Positions 1 to 10,202 of a stretch of 64,000 nucleotides of DNA are shown in pieces (positions within the stretch are counted from its first letter, which is position 1; every line of letters begins with the position of its first letter). The notes under the pieces were generated by a model. It worked only from the letters and a program-made list of their open reading frames with translations. It had not been told where the DNA came from and searched no databases. Source of the stretch: an uncultured Candidatus Saccharibacteria bacterium (GTDB taxonomy: Bacteria; Patescibacteriota; Minisyncoccia; Phycocordibacterales; PALSA-1337); the NCBI GenBank assembly GCA_964645315.1, contig CAZYBH010000001.1, forward strand, positions 32,405-96,404. Reading direction: 5' to 3'. The position numbers and the translations under genes are program-made.

Positions 1-103
1 TAGTGATGATCTGAATCTTTTTGAAATTACAGATTCTTTGGATAGAATCATTGAGATTATCAAGAAAGCTCCGGTTAGTGAATGGTGGAGAAATATAAAT
101 TAG
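1..103 (+). CDS. 3' end of a CDS entering the window, possibly LOG/TIGR00730 family
   Basis: Frame from nt 2 reads SDDLNLFEITDSLDRIIEIIKKAPVSEWWRNIN-stop; resembles LOG-family C-termini; partial only. Confidence 0.45.
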   Translation, partial: SDDLNLFEITDSLDRIIEIIKKAPVSEWWRNIN

Positions 104-135
104 ACAATTGGCCCTATTTCTGTTTAAGTATAATA

Positions 136-1368
136 ATGAATTTTAAAATTCTAAAGAAAAATGGAATGAGGGCTAGAGCCGGTATAATCGAGACTGCCAA
201 TGGCAATATCGAAACACCAGCTTTTATACCTGTGGGTACAAAGGCCACGGTCAAATCATTGACTACCGAACAAGTCAAAGATTATGTCGGAGCTCAAGCT
301 GTATTGGCAAATACTTACCATCTATATTTGCAACCTGGACACGAGATTATCGAGAAAGCTGGCGGTCTTGCCAAGTTTATGAATTGGAAAGGTCCGACAT
401 TTACCGATTCTGGCGGTTTCCAAGCCTTTTCTTTGGGTTCTGGTTTTGGCAAAAATAAAGTGGGCAAAATTGTTCAAAAGAAAGATGTCGTAGAGCCGGA
501 TCAAATAGACGAAAATATTGATCAAAATAATAATGAAATTGCTTTGGCTAAGCTCAATGATGATGGGGTAGAATTCAAATCGGTTATAGATGGTTCCACT
601 CATTTTTTTACTCCCGAAAAGTCGATCGAAATACAAAATGCTATTGGAGCGGATATTATTTTTGCTTTTGATGAGTGTATTTCTCCTCAAGAATCTTTCG
701 AAAAACAAAAGAAGGCCATAGACAGGACGGCTCTTTGGGCTGAGAGATGCATAGTGGAGCACAAACGCATAAGTCAGACTTCTGCAAATAAGTCAGCTTT
801 ATTTGGTATAGTGCAGGGTGGTCGCTATGAAGAATTGCGTAAGTACAGTGCCAAGACTATAGGTGCTATGGATTTTGCCGGTTTCGGTATCGGTGGCTCA
901 TTTGACAAAGACGATATTGGCACTGCTGTCGGCTGGGTCAACGATATTCTTCCGGAAGACAAGCCTAGACATCTACTGGGTATCGGTGATCCAAAGGATT
1001 TGATTTTGGGAATAGAAAACGGTGTCGATACCTTCGACTGTGTGGCTCCGACTAGGATTGCACGCAATGGCACAGCATATTGTCGGACAAAAAATTCAGA
1101 GAATGGCGATAAGTACACCATTAATCTACTAAATGCGAAGTTTATAAATGATTCTTTGCCGATAGATAAAGATTGTACTTGTTATACATGCAAAAATTAT
1201 TCTAGAAGTTATTTAGCTCATCTATTTCGAGCAAAAGAGATGCTTGCGGCGACCCTGGTCTCCATTCACAATTTATTTTTTGTCGTTGATCTAGTCAAGC
1301 AAGCTAGACAAGCTATTTTGGATGATAGGTGGGAAGAGTTTAAATACTATATCTCCTTGGGTTTGTAA
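136..1368 (+). CDS. tgt: tRNA-guanine transglycosylase
   Basis: TPAFIPVGT, LANTYHL, TDSGGFQ, GIVQGG, HLLGIG, DCVAPTR, Zn site CTCYTC..H; start placed at MNFKILKK. Confidence 0.96.
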   Translation: MNFKILKKNGMRARAGIIETANGNIETPAFIPVGTKATVKSLTTEQVKDYVGAQAVLANTYHLYLQPGHEIIEKAGGLAKFMNWKGPTFTDSGGFQAFSLGSGFGKNKVGKIVQKKDVVEPDQIDENIDQNNNEIALAKLNDDGVEFKSVIDGSTHFFTPEKSIEIQNAIGADIIFAFDECISPQESFEKQKKAIDRTALWAERCIVEHKRISQTSANKSALFGIVQGGRYEELRKYSAKTIGAMDFAGFGIGGSFDKDDIGTAVGWVNDILPEDKPRHLLGIGDPKDLILGIENGVDTFDCVAPTRIARNGTAYCRTKNSENGDKYTINLLNAKFINDSLPIDKDCTCYTCKNYSRSYLAHLFRAKEMLAATLVSIHNLFFVVDLVKQARQAILDDRWEEFKYYISLGL

Positions 1369-2363
1369 TCATTTGGAGCGCGCTCCAACCACCAATTCAT
1401 TTCATCTAGCTTGAGTAAACCTTCTTTGGCTCCTATATATTGGGCGACTGACATTGCATTTATCGGTGCAAGCATGAGGGCTTCGAGTGGGGTCTTGCCC
1501 AAAGCCAAAGCCGAAACGAATGTCGCAGACCAAGCATCACCGCAACCGGTCCTCTCAAGAGGGGGCTTGGGATCTGGATATATAGGCATATGATAGTAAT
1601 GATCACCATCAAACATATATGAACCTCGAGGGCCATCTGTAATGACTGGAAGTTTGATACCTAAGTTGTGGAAATAGCCAAGCATTGATTTTGGATCAGT
1701 TTTGAAACTTGGCCCACCGTGTTTGGTTGATTGGAGGATTCTCTCCGCCTCTTCGAGATTCACTACGAGCACATCGGCCCTCTTGTATATTTCTTCAAGT
1801 TTATTGAAACCCAATCTTATCTGACTTGATCCAGGTTGGAAGGCTAGCTTTATCTCAGGATTGGCTTTGAGATGCTCGATAATATCATGATGATATGAGG
1901 ATGAATTTGTTCCTACTGATGTAAGATAAATCCACTTTGTCGCTGGAATCTTGGGTAGTTTGTAATCATAATCTATGTGATTGACCAAAATAGTCCTATC
2001 GACATCATACCAAAGGACAAAATGATAATTTGTCGGCTTGCCTTTATTGACTTTGACTAGAGAGATATCGATATTATTTTGGGATAAATCTTTGCGACAA
2101 GCTAAGCCATTTTGATCATCGCCGACATTTGATATCAATGAAGTCTTGAGACCAAGTCTAGTGGCTGTAAGAGAAGCGTTGGCGGCATTGCCTGTGGCAT
2201 TTATTATTTTTGAAAATTCAAAAGGGACCTTGTCTCCAAAACGGAGACAAAGCTCACATGTATGATGATTGAGCTTACAATTTAGATGAGCATCTTTGAG
2301 GCGGATGAAAGCGTCTATGGTGATATCGCCAATGCAAACAATATCAAATTTTTTTCCAAACAT
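1347..2363 (-). CDS. PfkB-family carbohydrate kinase
   Basis: DIVCIGD N-terminus, GNAANAS, C-terminal ERTGCGDAW signature; divergent from fba. Confidence 0.9.
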   Translation of the reverse strand: MFGKKFDIVCIGDITIDAFIRLKDAHLNCKLNHHTCELCLRFGDKVPFEFSKIINATGNAANASLTATRLGLKTSLISNVGDDQNGLACRKDLSQNNIDISLVKVNKGKPTNYHFVLWYDVDRTILVNHIDYDYKLPKIPATKWIYLTSVGTNSSSYHHDIIEHLKANPEIKLAFQPGSSQIRLGFNKLEEIYKRADVLVVNLEEAERILQSTKHGGPSFKTDPKSMLGYFHNLGIKLPVITDGPRGSYMFDGDHYYHMPIYPDPKPPLERTGCGDAWSATFVSALALGKTPLEALMLAPINAMSVAQYIGAKEGLLKLDEMNWWLERAPNDYKPKEI

Positions 2364-2401
2364 GGGGATATTATATCATGAATATGTGATAAGATATGTT
2401 T

Positions 2402-3277
2402 ATGAAAACTCTAAGAGAATATTTGACTTTAGCAAAAGAGAAAAAAGTGGCAGTTGGTCATTTCAATGTTTCTTCGATAGATGGTATTTGGGCAGTAGCC
2501 GATGCTGGCAAAGCCATGAATGCTCCAGTTATTATCGGTGTTTCGGAAGGTGAAAGGGATTATATCGGGGTAAAGCAGGTGGCAGAAGTGGTCAGGAGCA
2601 TTCGAGAGGAGCGTGGCCAACCCATTTTCCTCAATGCTGATCATACATATTCTGTCGAAAGGGTAAAAGAAGCCATTTTAGCTGGTTTTGATTCAGTAAT
2701 ATTTGATGGTGCCGGTCTAAGCTTCGAAGAGAATGTCAAAAATACAAAAGAGTGTGTAGAGTTCGCAAAAGAACACAAATCTCTTATGGGGCAAAGTATT
2801 CTTATAGAGGGTGAGCTTGGATATATTGGCAAATCTTCCAAAGTACTAGATGAAGTACCACTTGGCGCTATCACCACTACAGAATCTATGACCAAGCCGG
2901 AAGATGCAAAAACATTTATAGAAATGACTGGCATAGACTTACTTGCACCTGCAATAGGCAATATCCACGGCATGATCCGAGGTGGTGATCCAGCTCTAAA
3001 TACTGTAAGAGCAAAAGAGATTTGTGATGCAATACCAGTACCTATAGTCCTTCATGGTGCTTCTGGCAATACTCCTACCGATATCAAGAAGACCATAGAA
3101 GCTGGGGCGGTCATAGTCCATGTCAGTACTGAGCTAAGAGTGGCATATAGAGCTGGTCTTATGAAGGCTTTGGCTATAGATCCAGATGAGGTTTCTCCAT
3201 ATAAGTATTTCAAACCAGCCAAGCTTGCTATGCAGAGGGTTGTTGAGGAAAAAATTAATATCTTTGGTATAATATAA
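2402..3277 (+). CDS. fba: Class II fructose-bisphosphate aldolase
   Basis: AVGHFN, LNADH, EGELG, GNIHG, VLHGASG; ATG 2402 lies 6 nt after TAAGAT (ATG 2396 also possible). Confidence 0.92.
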   Translation: MKTLREYLTLAKEKKVAVGHFNVSSIDGIWAVADAGKAMNAPVIIGVSEGERDYIGVKQVAEVVRSIREERGQPIFLNADHTYSVERVKEAILAGFDSVIFDGAGLSFEENVKNTKECVEFAKEHKSLMGQSILIEGELGYIGKSSKVLDEVPLGAITTTESMTKPEDAKTFIEMTGIDLLAPAIGNIHGMIRGGDPALNTVRAKEICDAIPVPIVLHGASGNTPTDIKKTIEAGAVIVHVSTELRVAYRAGLMKALAIDPDEVSPYKYFKPAKLAMQRVVEEKINIFGII

Positions 3278-3279
3278 AC

Positions 3280-3531
3280 ATGTCATCAGGCGTAGAATTC
3301 GAAGAAGATAGTTTCAGTCGTTCATACGGCCAAGCCACACCTGGTCAAAGTTTTTCGCCCAGCTTAGCAAGTATGGGTTATGCAGACCCAAATCTTCCAA
3401 AAGGCATGGCCGGTTGGCTTATGAAGAAAGGTATAGTCAAGAGTCCACAAGGTGCACAGATGATGCTTGTTGGTATAATTATCTTCAATTGCATTGTTAC
3501 TGCTGTATTTTTAACAATATTATTAAAATAA
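3280..3531 (+). CDS. Small membrane protein, hypothetical
   Basis: 83 aa, C-terminal hydrophobic helix, 2 nt after fba stop. Confidence 0.7.
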   Translation: MSSGVEFEEDSFSRSYGQATPGQSFSPSLASMGYADPNLPKGMAGWLMKKGIVKSPQGAQMMLVGIIIFNCIVTAVFLTILLK

Positions 3532-3536
3532 ATTTT

Positions 3537-3644
3537 ATGTTTACAAAAAAATCCAATTTACCAAAGTCAACAAAGATGATTATGATAGCAGTTATTGCAT
3601 CAAATATCTTCGTTATTTATGCAGTAGTAAGTGGTTTGGTCTAA
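3537..3644 (+). CDS. 35-aa single-TM peptide, hypothetical
   Basis: MFTKKSNLPKSTKMIMIAVIASNIFVIYAVVSGLV fills the gap between tightly packed genes and resembles the C-terminus of the preceding protein. Confidence 0.45.
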   Translation: MFTKKSNLPKSTKMIMIAVIASNIFVIYAVVSGLV

Positions 3645-3653
3645 TAAATTTAC

Positions 3654-4289
3654 ATGATTATACACAAACAAAATAAAACCAAGTGGTTCAATAGAGGTTT
3701 TACCCTCATCGAACTTCTTGTCGTTGTTTCTATTATAGGTATGCTTTCTTCAGTTGTTTTGGTCTCTGTGCAGGGGGCGAGGAATAAGGCGAAAGATGCT
3801 AAATTGATTTTGGAAGTTAAAGAATTACAGAAAGCTTTGGAATTGTATAGATTGGACAATGGTAAATATCCCGGCAATGTAGCGGGTGAACACTATTATC
3901 ATGGAACAAGGAATAACTGCATTGGAAATCCTGGTGATGGAGGTGCTCAAAATGGTCATACCCTGACTGAGGCTGGTATGTTTGATAATACTTTTACTTC
4001 TAAGTATATGCCAACTCTACCTACTGAATTGGTTTCATGTGGAATTTACTACATTGCTTTTTCAAATTCTGCAGAGGAAAGTTCTATTAATTGTATTGAT
4101 GGAAATAACGTTACTGTTCAACCAGATGGATATAATGGAAATAATAATAAAATAGCTGGTACGAATGCAAATGCTTATTTAATTTTGATTAAACCTCTAA
4201 CAAATATATCGACCGTATCTTTCCCTGTAATTGCTTGGCCCGTAAATCCAGATCCTTCAACAAGGTGTGTATTGGGTCCAGTTATGTAA
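3654..4289 (+). CDS. Type IV pilin / GspG-like prepilin
   Basis: RGF-TLIELLVVVSIIG methylation motif, ALELYRLDNGKYP. Confidence 0.92.
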   Translation: MIIHKQNKTKWFNRGFTLIELLVVVSIIGMLSSVVLVSVQGARNKAKDAKLILEVKELQKALELYRLDNGKYPGNVAGEHYYHGTRNNCIGNPGDGGAQNGHTLTEAGMFDNTFTSKYMPTLPTELVSCGIYYIAFSNSAEESSINCIDGNNVTVQPDGYNGNNNKIAGTNANAYLILIKPLTNISTVSFPVIAWPVNPDPSTRCVLGPVM

Positions 4290-4366
4290 AATAAATCGTT
4301 AAATACCTATAGTAATATTCCAAAATATGCTTTGACTATTTTCTGTATCCGTGTATAATAGCTCGC

Positions 4367-5032
4367 ATGCTGTCATTAGATATAAAAAAGAGAGATATGA
4401 AGGTTGGAGCAGACACTATTCGCAATAGTGGCTCTATGCCTGCTGTCTTCTATGGTCCAAAAGAGACCTCAACTCCTATTATTGTAGATTCTATAGCCTT
4501 CAAAAAGGCTTGGAAGAAGGCTGGTTCTTCTTCTGTTATTATTTTGAAAGACGAAAAGGGCAATGAACACGAATCACTTATCCACGATGTAGATGTTCAT
4601 CCTCTTACCGATGAGCCAAGACATGCCGACTTCTATGTTATCGAAAAAGGCAAGAAAGTCCGCGTTGCCATTCCACTTATTTTCGAAGGTTCATCTCCAG
4701 CAGTCAAAGACTTGGGTGGTATTTTGGTCAAAGTTCGCCGTGATCTTGATATAGAGGCTGCTCCAAGAGATTTGCCTCAAAACCTTATTGTCGATATTTC
4801 AAAGCTTGCTCTATTGACCGATGTTATTACTGCAAAAGATATAGCTGTACCAAGCGGTGTTGAGATCAAGATCGGTTCAGATGAGGTTATCGCTTCGATC
4901 GCTGTTGCCAAGGAAGAAGTAGAAGAAGCTCCTACAGCGATAGATGTTTCCGCTATCGAAGTTGAGGCAAAGGGTAAGGAAGCAAAGGAAGGTGAAGCTC
5001 CTGCTGATGCTCCAGCTCCAGAAAAGAAATAA
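4367..5032 (+). CDS. rplY: 50S ribosomal protein bL25 (Ctc/TL5 long form)
   Basis: MPAVFYG, HADFY, GSSPAVKDLGG, acidic tail. Confidence 0.93.
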   Translation: MLSLDIKKRDMKVGADTIRNSGSMPAVFYGPKETSTPIIVDSIAFKKAWKKAGSSSVIILKDEKGNEHESLIHDVDVHPLTDEPRHADFYVIEKGKKVRVAIPLIFEGSSPAVKDLGGILVKVRRDLDIEAAPRDLPQNLIVDISKLALLTDVITAKDIAVPSGVEIKIGSDEVIASIAVAKEEVEEAPTAIDVSAIEVEAKGKEAKEGEAPADAPAPEKK

Positions 5033-5043
5033 TTTTTCATTAG

Positions 5044-5130
5044 TGCATAAGTCTGACATCTGCATATACAAAATACTGCCAAAAGCAGTTTTTTGTTGAT
5101 TTTGCTTATTGCATATGTCACACATATGTA
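5044..5130. repeat. Two copies of a 21-bp palindrome TGCAKAWGTCWGACWTMTGCA (5044-5064, 5110-5130)
   Basis: Same motif at 19081-19101, 21554-21574, 21576-21596 and 36378-36398. Confidence 0.75.
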
Positions 5131-5202
5131 TACCAATATTCTATTTGCTATTCTTTTTTTATAGCTATGCTAAAATTAGGCGGTACCAATAATAAATTTT
5201 TT

Positions 5203-5787
5203 ATGAAAAGAAAAAATCGTGGTTTTACGCTGATCGAACTTTTGGTTGTAATAAGTATCATAGGAGTCTTATCTTCGATCACATTGGTCTCGGTACAAGC
5301 TGTCAAAAATAAAGCAAAAGAAGCAAAAGGTTTTGTTGAAGTCAAAGAGCTTGTTAAGGCTTTAGAGCTGTACAAACTAGACAACAATAGTTATCCAGGT
5401 TTGCCGGATACATATTACGTTAGCTCTCAAAATGGGGTAGCTAAAACCTGTGATCAAGGTCAGGGTACGCTATGGACAAGTGTATTCGATGCAAATTTTA
5501 CCGGTAAGTATATGTCCAAGTTGCCGACCGAAAGTCAACCTTGCGGTATTATATATGTTAAGTATTCTGCCGATAATTCTGGAAATCCAACTATTACTTG
5601 TAACATATCGATTGATTCAACTCTTGGGTCATACAATAAGAGTCAATATGAATATTTCCTTATTTTGCTGACTGATTCAAACGGTATATATAAAAATCTT
5701 GGCTATGTTACTTGGCAATATCCTGGTGGAGCTGGTGGGCCTATAGTCCAAGCAGATCAAAAGTGCTTACCTGGTCCAGCGAAATAA
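5203..5787 (+). CDS. Type IV pilin / GspG-like prepilin, paralog of 3654-4289
   Basis: RGFTLIELLVVISIIG, ALELYKLDNNSYP. Confidence 0.9.
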   Translation: MKRKNRGFTLIELLVVISIIGVLSSITLVSVQAVKNKAKEAKGFVEVKELVKALELYKLDNNSYPGLPDTYYVSSQNGVAKTCDQGQGTLWTSVFDANFTGKYMSKLPTESQPCGIIYVKYSADNSGNPTITCNISIDSTLGSYNKSQYEYFLILLTDSNGIYKNLGYVTWQYPGGAGGPIVQADQKCLPGPAK

Positions 5788-5796
5788 CAAAATTAA

Positions 5797-6666
5797 ATGA
5801 AAAATAGAGGATTTACCCTAATCGAATTGCTCGTAGTAGTTAGCTTGATAGGCATGTTATCTTCCATAGTTCTTGTCTCATTGCAGGCTGCTCGCGATAA
5901 GGGTCGTATAGCTTCTGCCATTATATTTTCTACCTCTATGTATCGCGGTTGGGGAGCGGATGCTTTTGGTGTATGGAATTTCGATGAGGCGAATAATGGA
6001 GATAATGCTCAGGATCAAGGTGCTTACGGTATTACATTGACCAAAGCTGCTGACGCTTCAGTTAGGTCTTCCGTGACACCTCTTTCATCTGGTAAATCGA
6101 TTGATTTTACTAATTCTGTTGCAGGTGATGCAGCAAGTTTCACTTCTGGTGATATTTCTACAAAAAATATATCTTTAACAAATTACACTGTAAGTCTGTG
6201 GATTTATCTAAACGATACCTCAAATTCTAAGGGTGTACCAATTTCAGTAAATACAATATCTGGTAGGGCAATTTTGTTTAATCTATCAACAATTGACACA
6301 ACCCCCTTTACATTATTTGCAGGTCCACAACTTGCTAATTGTGGAGGTGGCAGTACTTCTTTTTCAAATAAACCAAGTCCCCAGAAATGGATCAATTATG
6401 CATTTACTTGGGATAAATCTACTCAAGAGGTTAGATTATATGTTGATGGAAAGTACACAGCATCTTTAACTGGTTGTAATTCAAGTATTGGTAATGGGTC
6501 GTGGACGGCTCAATCTGTCTATGTGGGTAACTTTTCTGCAGGAGCTTCCCATTTTATTAAAGGTCTTGTAGACGAACTAGCAATCTATCCAAGCGTCCTC
6601 ACCGCATCCCAAATTCAAGAAATATATGCACAGGGATTGCCTAGACATATTGCCAAAAAGGACTAA
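5797..6666 (+). CDS. Prepilin with C-terminal LamG/concanavalin-like domain
   Basis: RGFTLIELL N-terminus; YTVSLWI, W..YAFTWD, LYVDGK, GLVDELAIY motifs. Confidence 0.88.
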   Translation: MKNRGFTLIELLVVVSLIGMLSSIVLVSLQAARDKGRIASAIIFSTSMYRGWGADAFGVWNFDEANNGDNAQDQGAYGITLTKAADASVRSSVTPLSSGKSIDFTNSVAGDAASFTSGDISTKNISLTNYTVSLWIYLNDTSNSKGVPISVNTISGRAILFNLSTIDTTPFTLFAGPQLANCGGGSTSFSNKPSPQKWINYAFTWDKSTQEVRLYVDGKYTASLTGCNSSIGNGSWTAQSVYVGNFSAGASHFIKGLVDELAIYPSVLTASQIQEIYAQGLPRHIAKKD

Positions 6667-6671
6667 ATAAT

Positions 6672-6692
6672 TTGCTAGGTTTAACCTCACAA
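6672..6692. repeat. 21-bp palindrome TTGYGAGGTTWAACCTCRCAA family
   Basis: Copies also at 43845-43865, 47330-47350 and 53899-53919. Confidence 0.7.
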
Positions 6693-6709
6693 AGTGTTAT
6701 AATAAAATT

Positions 6710-8056
6710 ATGAGAAAGGCGATTTTTTTGTTAATAACCGCTATTTTTTGTAGTTTTTTTGCATCTCAAGCATTGGCAGAGACTGCTTTGACGGATGAAC
6801 AAAGAGTGATGCTACAACAAGAATTGGCAAAAGTAGAGGCAGAGCAAAAGCAGGCTGCTATAGAGCTTGCAAATGCTCAGCAAAAGAGCGCCTCATTGGC
6901 AAGAGATATACAGGTTTTGGATGCCAAGATTAGAGCGGCACAGCTTGAGATAAAGGCCAAAAATATTTTGATACAGAGCCTAGGCAATGACATTTCCAAA
7001 AAGGTAAATAAAATAAATGACCTTGAAGATCGTATCGATAAGGGTAGGGATACTTTGGCTCAGATTTTGAGGAAGACAAATGAGATTGATCAAGTCTCGA
7101 TACCGATACTCCTATTATCTCAAAAGACTATTACAGGTTTTGTAAATGATTTGGATCAATTTGAATTGGTCCAAGAGAGTCTTCGGGATGTGGTGACAGA
7201 ACTCAAATCTGATAAGGCTTCGACTACGGTGGAAAAGGAGATACTAGATACTAGAAGAAATGCCGAAATGGATGCAAAATATGTTATCCAACAGCAACAA
7301 AAAAATATCGAAAGTGATCAGATAGAACAAAAGGAGTTATTGGCTTTGAGCAAAGGTGCCGAAAAATCATACACCAAGCTTATTGCCGAAAAGCAGGCAA
7401 GAGCAGCGCAGATCCGCTCGGCTTTGTTTGCCTTGAGAGATGCTGCTTCTATTCCATTTGGTCAGGCTTTGCAGTACGCTACTTTGGCCTCAAATAAGAC
7501 TGGCATAAGACCAGCTTTTTTGCTCGCTATTATTACTCAAGAATCAAACTTGGGTAGCAATGTGGGCAAATGTTATGTCACAAATCTTCAGACTGGAGCT
7601 GGTATAAATGCAAAGACGGGCAATAGTGTCCAAAATGTTATGAATCCCACTCGCGATATTCCAGCCTTTGTAGAAATTTTGAGCAAAATAGGTGGTGAGC
7701 CAACGAAACAAGTTGTCTCATGCCCACTAAGTGTCGGTTGGGGAGGAGCTATGGGTCCTGCTCAGTTTATCGCTTCGACATGGCTACTTATTGAAGATCG
7801 AGTAGCAAATTCTCTCGGTATAAATAGTATGCCAGATCCTTGGAATCCAGGACATGCCTTTATGGCTTCAGCTCTGTATTTGAGCGATTTGGGTGCCAAT
7901 ACCAAGACTTATACAGCAGAAAGAAACGCGGCTTGTAAATATTATTCTGGTAGGTCTTGTGGTTATGCTACTGGTAATACTTCATATGGCAATAGTGTCG
8001 TATCGCTCGCAGACAAAATACAACGTACTATGATTGATCCTTTGCAAGGATTGTAG
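6710..8056 (+). CDS. Secreted coiled-coil protein with lytic transglycosylase (SLT-like) domain
   Basis: Signal peptide, long coiled coil, AIITQESNLG catalytic Glu, GAMGPAQF, DPWNP. Confidence 0.85.
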   Translation: MRKAIFLLITAIFCSFFASQALAETALTDEQRVMLQQELAKVEAEQKQAAIELANAQQKSASLARDIQVLDAKIRAAQLEIKAKNILIQSLGNDISKKVNKINDLEDRIDKGRDTLAQILRKTNEIDQVSIPILLLSQKTITGFVNDLDQFELVQESLRDVVTELKSDKASTTVEKEILDTRRNAEMDAKYVIQQQQKNIESDQIEQKELLALSKGAEKSYTKLIAEKQARAAQIRSALFALRDAASIPFGQALQYATLASNKTGIRPAFLLAIITQESNLGSNVGKCYVTNLQTGAGINAKTGNSVQNVMNPTRDIPAFVEILSKIGGEPTKQVVSCPLSVGWGGAMGPAQFIASTWLLIEDRVANSLGINSMPDPWNPGHAFMASALYLSDLGANTKTYTAERNAACKYYSGRSCGYATGNTSYGNSVVSLADKIQRTMIDPLQGL

Positions 8057-8066
8057 AATGTACTAC

Positions 8067-8214
8067 GCGTCATTCTCACTGATCCAAGCGTCATTCCTAC
8101 TGATGCAAGCGTCATTCCCGCGAAGGCGGGAATCCAGGATTACGCAAACTGAGTTGGATTCCCGCCTTCGCGGGAATGACGCAGGATGGTAATGACGCAG
8201 GATGGGAATAATGC
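8067..8214. repeat. REP/dRS3-like nested palindrome between convergent genes
   Basis: Perfect 28-bp inverted repeat 8109-8136/8155-8182, each arm containing ATTCCC-N8-GGGAAT; flanked by degenerate GCGTCATTC tandem units. Confidence 0.85.
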
Positions 8215-8228
8215 AAAACCAATATCTT

Positions 8229-10202
8229 TTAAATCGTAAGTATAACCGGTATAACCATCGGCCTCTTGGCAGTCTTGTTTAGGAGGAATTTTGAGACAGC
8301 GTCGGTGATATTGTCTTTTACAAAATCAACATTAATCGGATTTTGACCACGCGTAGACTTCTCTATCGTCTCTTTTATTACTAATCTGACTTCATGCAAT
8401 AGATCTTGTGATTCTCTCAAATATACGAAACCACGAGAGATAATGTCTGGAGATTTCTTGAGCTTACCATTGATTGCATTGATTATGCCGAAGACAATGA
8501 ATATGCCATCTTGAGCAAGCATTTGTCGATCACGAATGACTACATCTTGAACATCACCGACAGAGAAACCGTCGACTAGGACAAGACTATTTGCGGCTTT
8601 TTCTTTGAGTTTTACTATCTTTTTTCCTCCTTCTTGGATCTCGATGATTGAACTATTGTCTGGAATAACTACGTCTTCTTCTTTGAGACCATTTGCCTCT
8701 TTTGCTATGTCGCCATGGACTCGAAGCATATAGTGATAACCGTGTAATGGTATGAAGAATTTTGGATGAATTTTCTTGTGTATCCAAGCTGTCTCATCTC
8801 TATTGGCATGTCCAGAAGAGTGGACGTCAGCGATACGATAGTGAATTATCTTTGCTCCTTGTCTTGAAAGATTATCTTTTAGTTTTTGAACTGCTCTTTC
8901 ATTTCCAGGAATAACTGATGATGAAAGCATAATCGTATCTCTTGGAGTAATTTTGATCTTAGTATGAGTTTTATTTGACATACGCATCATTGCGGCAAAT
9001 TCGTCTCCTTGAGCACCTGTAGCCAGAATAATGATCCTTTCTGGAGGATAGGACTCTATCTCGTCACTAGAAATCATTGTTTCGTTTTTTGCTTTAAGCA
9101 AACCTAGATGTTTACAAATCTCGATATTAGATTTCATACTTCGACCCTCGACTACGACTTTTTTGCCATACTTTTCTGCGAAATCGATAATACGAAGAAG
9201 TCTTTCGAGTAGAGAAGAGAAGGTGGCAATAATGAGTCTACCTTGAACATTTTTTATTATTTCCTCAATATTTTTGTGAACGGTCTTTTCTGGAATTGAG
9301 AAACCTGGATTTTCGACATTGGTCGAATCGGCCATAAGAAGTAGAACGTTTTCATTTTTGAAGGCGCGATCGTATTCAGCCTCTTCTTCTACTGTAGGGA
9401 TACCATCGACATGGTCTAGTTTGAGGTCTCCGGTATGGACGATAGATCCGAAAGGAGTCTGTACTATGATACCCATAGCATCTGGTATTGTGTGGGTAAC
9501 AGCGAAGAATTTGATCTTAAGACCGCCTAAGGTCAAAGTCTCTTCTTTCTCCACTACCTTGATATCTAGTTTTGGAACATGAGTAAATTCTTCTTGTCTC
9601 TTTTGGATCAAAATAGAGGTAAGGAGTCTAGTATATAGAGGAGGATTACCGATCCTTGGCATGATATAGGGGATACCACCTATATGATCTAGGTGACCGT
9701 GAGTGATGATTACGGCACGGATCTTGTCTTGCCTCTCTTCGAGATATTTTGTATTTGGCAAAATATAATCGATGCCCGGTGTGTTTTCATCTTTAAATTG
9801 AAAACCGATATCGATCACCACAATATCATTGCCATATTCGATTGCGGTCATATTTCTACCAATCTCTTCTACTCCACCCAAAGGTACAATACGGATAGAA
9901 TCTGGAGCCAAAGCAGGGATGACATCTTCTGATTTGGAATGAGTCAATGGTCTTGCGGGCGCTGGTCGACGATTGCCTTTGGTCGATTCTTTACGGATGA
10001 CATTCATCCTTGCTCCAGCTACATGTCTTAGCATTTCTGGGTGCTTCCTTAGGCCCTTGCCAAGTACTACTCTATGGCCAGGATGTGCTGTCTTTGTGGC
10101 GTCACTTTGTCCTTCTGTAGGCCTTGGACCGCTTGTGAAGGTGCGTATCGGTGGCTTGGAGCGACGGTGATTATTATTGAATTGTCTTTGATTGTTATTC
10201 AT
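8229..10202 (-). CDS. rnj: Ribonuclease J
   Basis: PLGGVEEIGRN, THGHLDHIGG, HTGD, HSSGH, RPMVIPVI; ATG overlaps the upstream TAA. Confidence 0.95.
   Translation of the reverse strand: MNNNQRQFNNNHRRSKPPIRTFTSGPRPTEGQSDATKTAHPGHRVVLGKGLRKHPEMLRHVAGARMNVIRKESTKGNRRPAPARPLTHSKSEDVIPALAPDSIRIVPLGGVEEIGRNMTAIEYGNDIVVIDIGFQFKDENTPGIDYILPNTKYLEERQDKIRAVIITHGHLDHIGGIPYIMPRIGNPPLYTRLLTSILIQKRQEEFTHVPKLDIKVVEKEETLTLGGLKIKFFAVTHTIPDAMGIIVQTPFGSIVHTGDLKLDHVDGIPTVEEEAEYDRAFKNENVLLLMADSTNVENPGFSIPEKTVHKNIEEIIKNVQGRLIIATFSSLLERLLRIIDFAEKYGKKVVVEGRSMKSNIEICKHLGLLKAKNETMISSDEIESYPPERIIILATGAQGDEFAAMMRMSNKTHTKIKITPRDTIMLSSSVIPGNERAVQKLKDNLSRQGAKIIHYRIADVHSSGHANRDETAWIHKKIHPKFFIPLHGYHYMLRVHGDIAKEANGLKEEDVVIPDNSSIIEIQEGGKKIVKLKEKAANSLVLVDGFSVGDVQDVVIRDRQMLAQDGIFIVFGIINAINGKLKKSPDIISRGFVYLRESQDLLHEVRLVIKETIEKSTRGQNPINVDFVKDNITDAVSKFLLNKTAKRPMVIPVILTI

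Noticed and set aside
8067-8214. Possible CRISPR array
   Set aside because: Units are short, degenerate and inverted with no unique spacers; no cas genes in the window
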